DNA from: an uncultured Streptococcus sp.
GTDB taxonomy: Bacteria; Bacillota; Bacilli; Lactobacillales; Streptococcaceae
Direction of reading: 5' to 3'
DNA: 54,286 bases
Assembly (NCBI GenBank): GCA_963523365.1
Contig: CAURCE010000001.1
Location: 1-54,286 of the forward strand
Shown here: positions 52,323 to 54,286 of the stretch, piece after piece
Numbering within the stretch: the first letter of the stretch is position 1
Layout of the letters: each line of letters opens with the position of its first letter
The notes under the pieces: generated by a model
What the model was told of the DNA's origin: nothing
Databases searched by the model: none
Seen by the model: only the letters and a program-made list of their open reading frames with translations
Translations under genes and position numbers: made by a program

Positions 52323-53085
52323 CGAAGTCCCACTCCGCTAGACTGGACAAGACATGCGTCGGTTGGATCGGCAGATTTGGCACTTCTTCTGGTAGGGTAA
52401 AACCTGTCGTAACCAGAAGGGTCGGAATCCCATTGTCGATTCCCGCTCGAATATCTGTCAGATAGTTATCACCCACCATGACCACTTCTTCACGCGCCAA
52501 CCCTAGATGCTCTATGGCTTTTTCCATGATGATGGCATTGGGCTTGCCGATAAAGGTCGGTTCAACCCGAGTGGCTGCTTCCAAGAGGGCATTGATAGCA
52601 CCCGCTCCTGGCTGCAGACCTCGCTCAGTCGGAATATTAAGATCTGGATTGGTCCCGATAAAGTGAGCACCTTTTTGAATGACCAGAGTCGCTATTGTCA
52701 GCTTCTCATAGTCCACTTCCCAGTCCAGACCCACTACTACATAGTCAGGATTTTCTGTATCCTCTATATATCCAGCTTCTTCAATGGCATGTTTAAGCCC
52801 GACATCACCGATAACGTAGACTTTCTTGCCCAGATTTTTCTCCTCCATATAGTCAATGGTAGCTAAAGTAGCTGTGTAAATAGTCTCTAGTGGCGTCTCA
52901 ATATTGAAATTTTCAGTCAGCATGGTCTGCACTGCTTCTGGCGTGCGAGTAGTATTATTGGTCACGAAAAGATAAGGAATCTTGCGCTTCTGCAACTCAT
53001 GCACAAAAGCTTCACCAGCCGGAATCCGACTCTTGCCCTTATAAATCGTCCCGTCTAAATCAATCAAATATCCTTTATAAGTCAT
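52315..53085 (-). CDS. TIGR01457/NagD-like HAD-IIA hydrolase
   Basis: [26 protein letters not shown]. Confidence 0.92.
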   Translation of the reverse strand: MTYKGYLIDLDGTIYKGKSRIPAGEAFVHELQKRKIPYLFVTNNTTRTPEAVQTMLTENFNIETPLETIYTATLATIDYMEEKNLGKKVYVIGDVGLKHAIEEAGYIEDTENPDYVVVGLDWEVDYEKLTIATLVIQKGAHFIGTNPDLNIPTERGLQPGAGAINALLEAATRVEPTFIGKPNAIIMEKAIEHLGLAREEVVMVGDNYLTDIRAGIDNGIPTLLVTTGFTLPEEVPNLPIQPTHVLSSLAEWDFDA

Positions 53086-53837
53086 TTCTGCTCTTCCTCA
53101 TTCTCATGTTTAAACTCTTGCCAGGTAACCAAAGCCTGGGCATTGACTTCGCCATCACTGGAAATCTGGTGATTGCTCTGCAGACCTTCTAGGTCATAGC
53201 TAGAAGCAATCATGCCGCCTGGTCGGACTTCCTTGACATACTTAAGGTGGACTTTCTTGGGAAGGTGCTGGGTGAGGAAATCTGCACCCATGACCTCAAA
53301 GATCCAGTCCAGATACTTGCTATTATTGACATGTCCGTTCATATCCAAGTCGTAAAAGCGCACATGGTAGTCCTTGCTGACAGGATTTTTCAAGTCTGGA
53401 TATTTGGGACCGCGCAGTAATTTCTTGGAAAACTCTGATTGATATGGCGCTACAATCTCCGGATCAACGGCACGAACCTTGCGGCTATCTCGATCCATAA
53501 GAACAAAGGTTGCCTTCATCTGTATAATGGCTTCACCCGCTTCATCAAAAATCGTAAAGCGACGGTAGCAAAAGAGCCGATTATAAGTTAAGGCTTCTGT
53601 TTCGATAGTAATCTCCTCTGCAAATCGTGGCAGACGTGTCACATCAATATCATAGTCCGTGATAATCCAGACTAGGTTATACCGCTCCAGCATATCCTTG
53701 TCACTGACGCCAAGCTCGATTGACTGCATCCCCGATACCTGCAAGGACAGCAAGATGACATCCGGCAGCTTGATATGGCCATTCATATCCGCCATATCAA
53801 AAGGAATTTTCATTTTCATTTGATAAGTTAAGCCCAT
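53082..53837 (-). CDS. tesS: Acyl-ACP/acyl-CoA thioesterase
   Basis: Double hot-dog fold; [16 protein letters not shown] motif. Confidence 0.85.
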   Translation of the reverse strand: MGLTYQMKMKIPFDMADMNGHIKLPDVILLSLQVSGMQSIELGVSDKDMLERYNLVWIITDYDIDVTRLPRFAEEITIETEALTYNRLFCYRRFTIFDEAGEAIIQMKATFVLMDRDSRKVRAVDPEIVAPYQSEFSKKLLRGPKYPDLKNPVSKDYHVRFYDLDMNGHVNNSKYLDWIFEVMGADFLTQHLPKKVHLKYVKEVRPGGMIASSYDLEGLQSNHQISSDGEVNAQALVTWQEFKHENEEEQK

Positions 53838-53840
53838 GAT

Positions 53841-54286
53841 TTACTCCAATATAAATTTCTCAGCAACCGTATCGCCCAAAAAGAGGCCTTTTTTAGTCAT
53901 GCATACGATGTCTTTGTCTGGCACTAGCAAACCCTGCTCAGTTAGCTCAGACACGACAGCACCGTACTGGTCTTCAAAGGAAAGACCGAATTTTTCCTCA
54001 AAACGTTTTTTAGAAACACCCGACTTCTTTCGAAGCCCCAGAAACATCTCTTCTTCCATCTTTTCATGCAGCGTCAGCACTTCTTCCTGCACACGAGCAT
54101 TGCCCGCTTCCACCGCATGCAGATAATGACGAATAGGCCCGTGGTTTTTATAGCGAATGCCATCGACATAGCCAGATGCTCCCGCACCGATACCATAATA
54201 CTCCGCATTGTCCCAGTACATGAGGTTGTGACGGCTCTCAAAGCCTGGCTTGGAAAAGTTTGAAATCTCATAATGCTCGAAGCCGG
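53841..54286 (-). CDS. hemW: Radical SAM heme chaperone HemW, 3' part (runs off window end)
   Basis: EHYEISNFS...SRHNLMYW...YYGIGAGASG, EEMFLGLR. Confidence 0.92.
   Translation of the reverse strand, partial: GFEHYEISNFSKPGFESRHNLMYWDNAEYYGIGAGASGYVDGIRYKNHGPIRHYLHAVEAGNARVQEEVLTLHEKMEEEMFLGLRKKSGVSKKRFEEKFGLSFEDQYGAVVSELTEQGLLVPDKDIVCMTKKGLFLGDTVAEKFILE

Overview
A 54.3-kb chromosomal segment from an oral Streptococcus. Gene content suggests the sanguinis/gordonii/cristatus group, which is an inference. About 50 genes are present, nearly all on the minus strand. Core blocks are rplU-prp-rpmA, cysteine desulfurase-thiI, uvrC-nitroreductase-pepV, rpsP-khpA...rimM-trmD, lepA, LysR-lspA-rluD, DegV-dapB-cca-ABC-F, the fruRKA fructose operon and hemW-tesS-HAD. 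Accessory blocks are: (1) ppdK divergent from a CcpN-like repressor and a PPDK regulatory kinase; (2) an AdcR-boxed adcAII-pht zinc module followed by a coiled-coil/CAP-domain LPXTG protein, whose promoter has its own AdcR-like palindrome, and an orphan ferrochelatase; (3) a K+ uptake pair with an Imm5-like gene lying inside the rpsP-trmD cluster; (4) an AraC/GyrI-like regulator whose last ~42 bp are duplicated 1080 bp downstream, bracketing an AT-rich papain-fold cargo gene; (5) a vWA-domain LPXTG adhesin next to a decayed ISL3 transposase. No tRNA, rRNA, CRISPR array, intact IS or prophage was seen. All family calls come from recognising sequence motifs; no database search was run.
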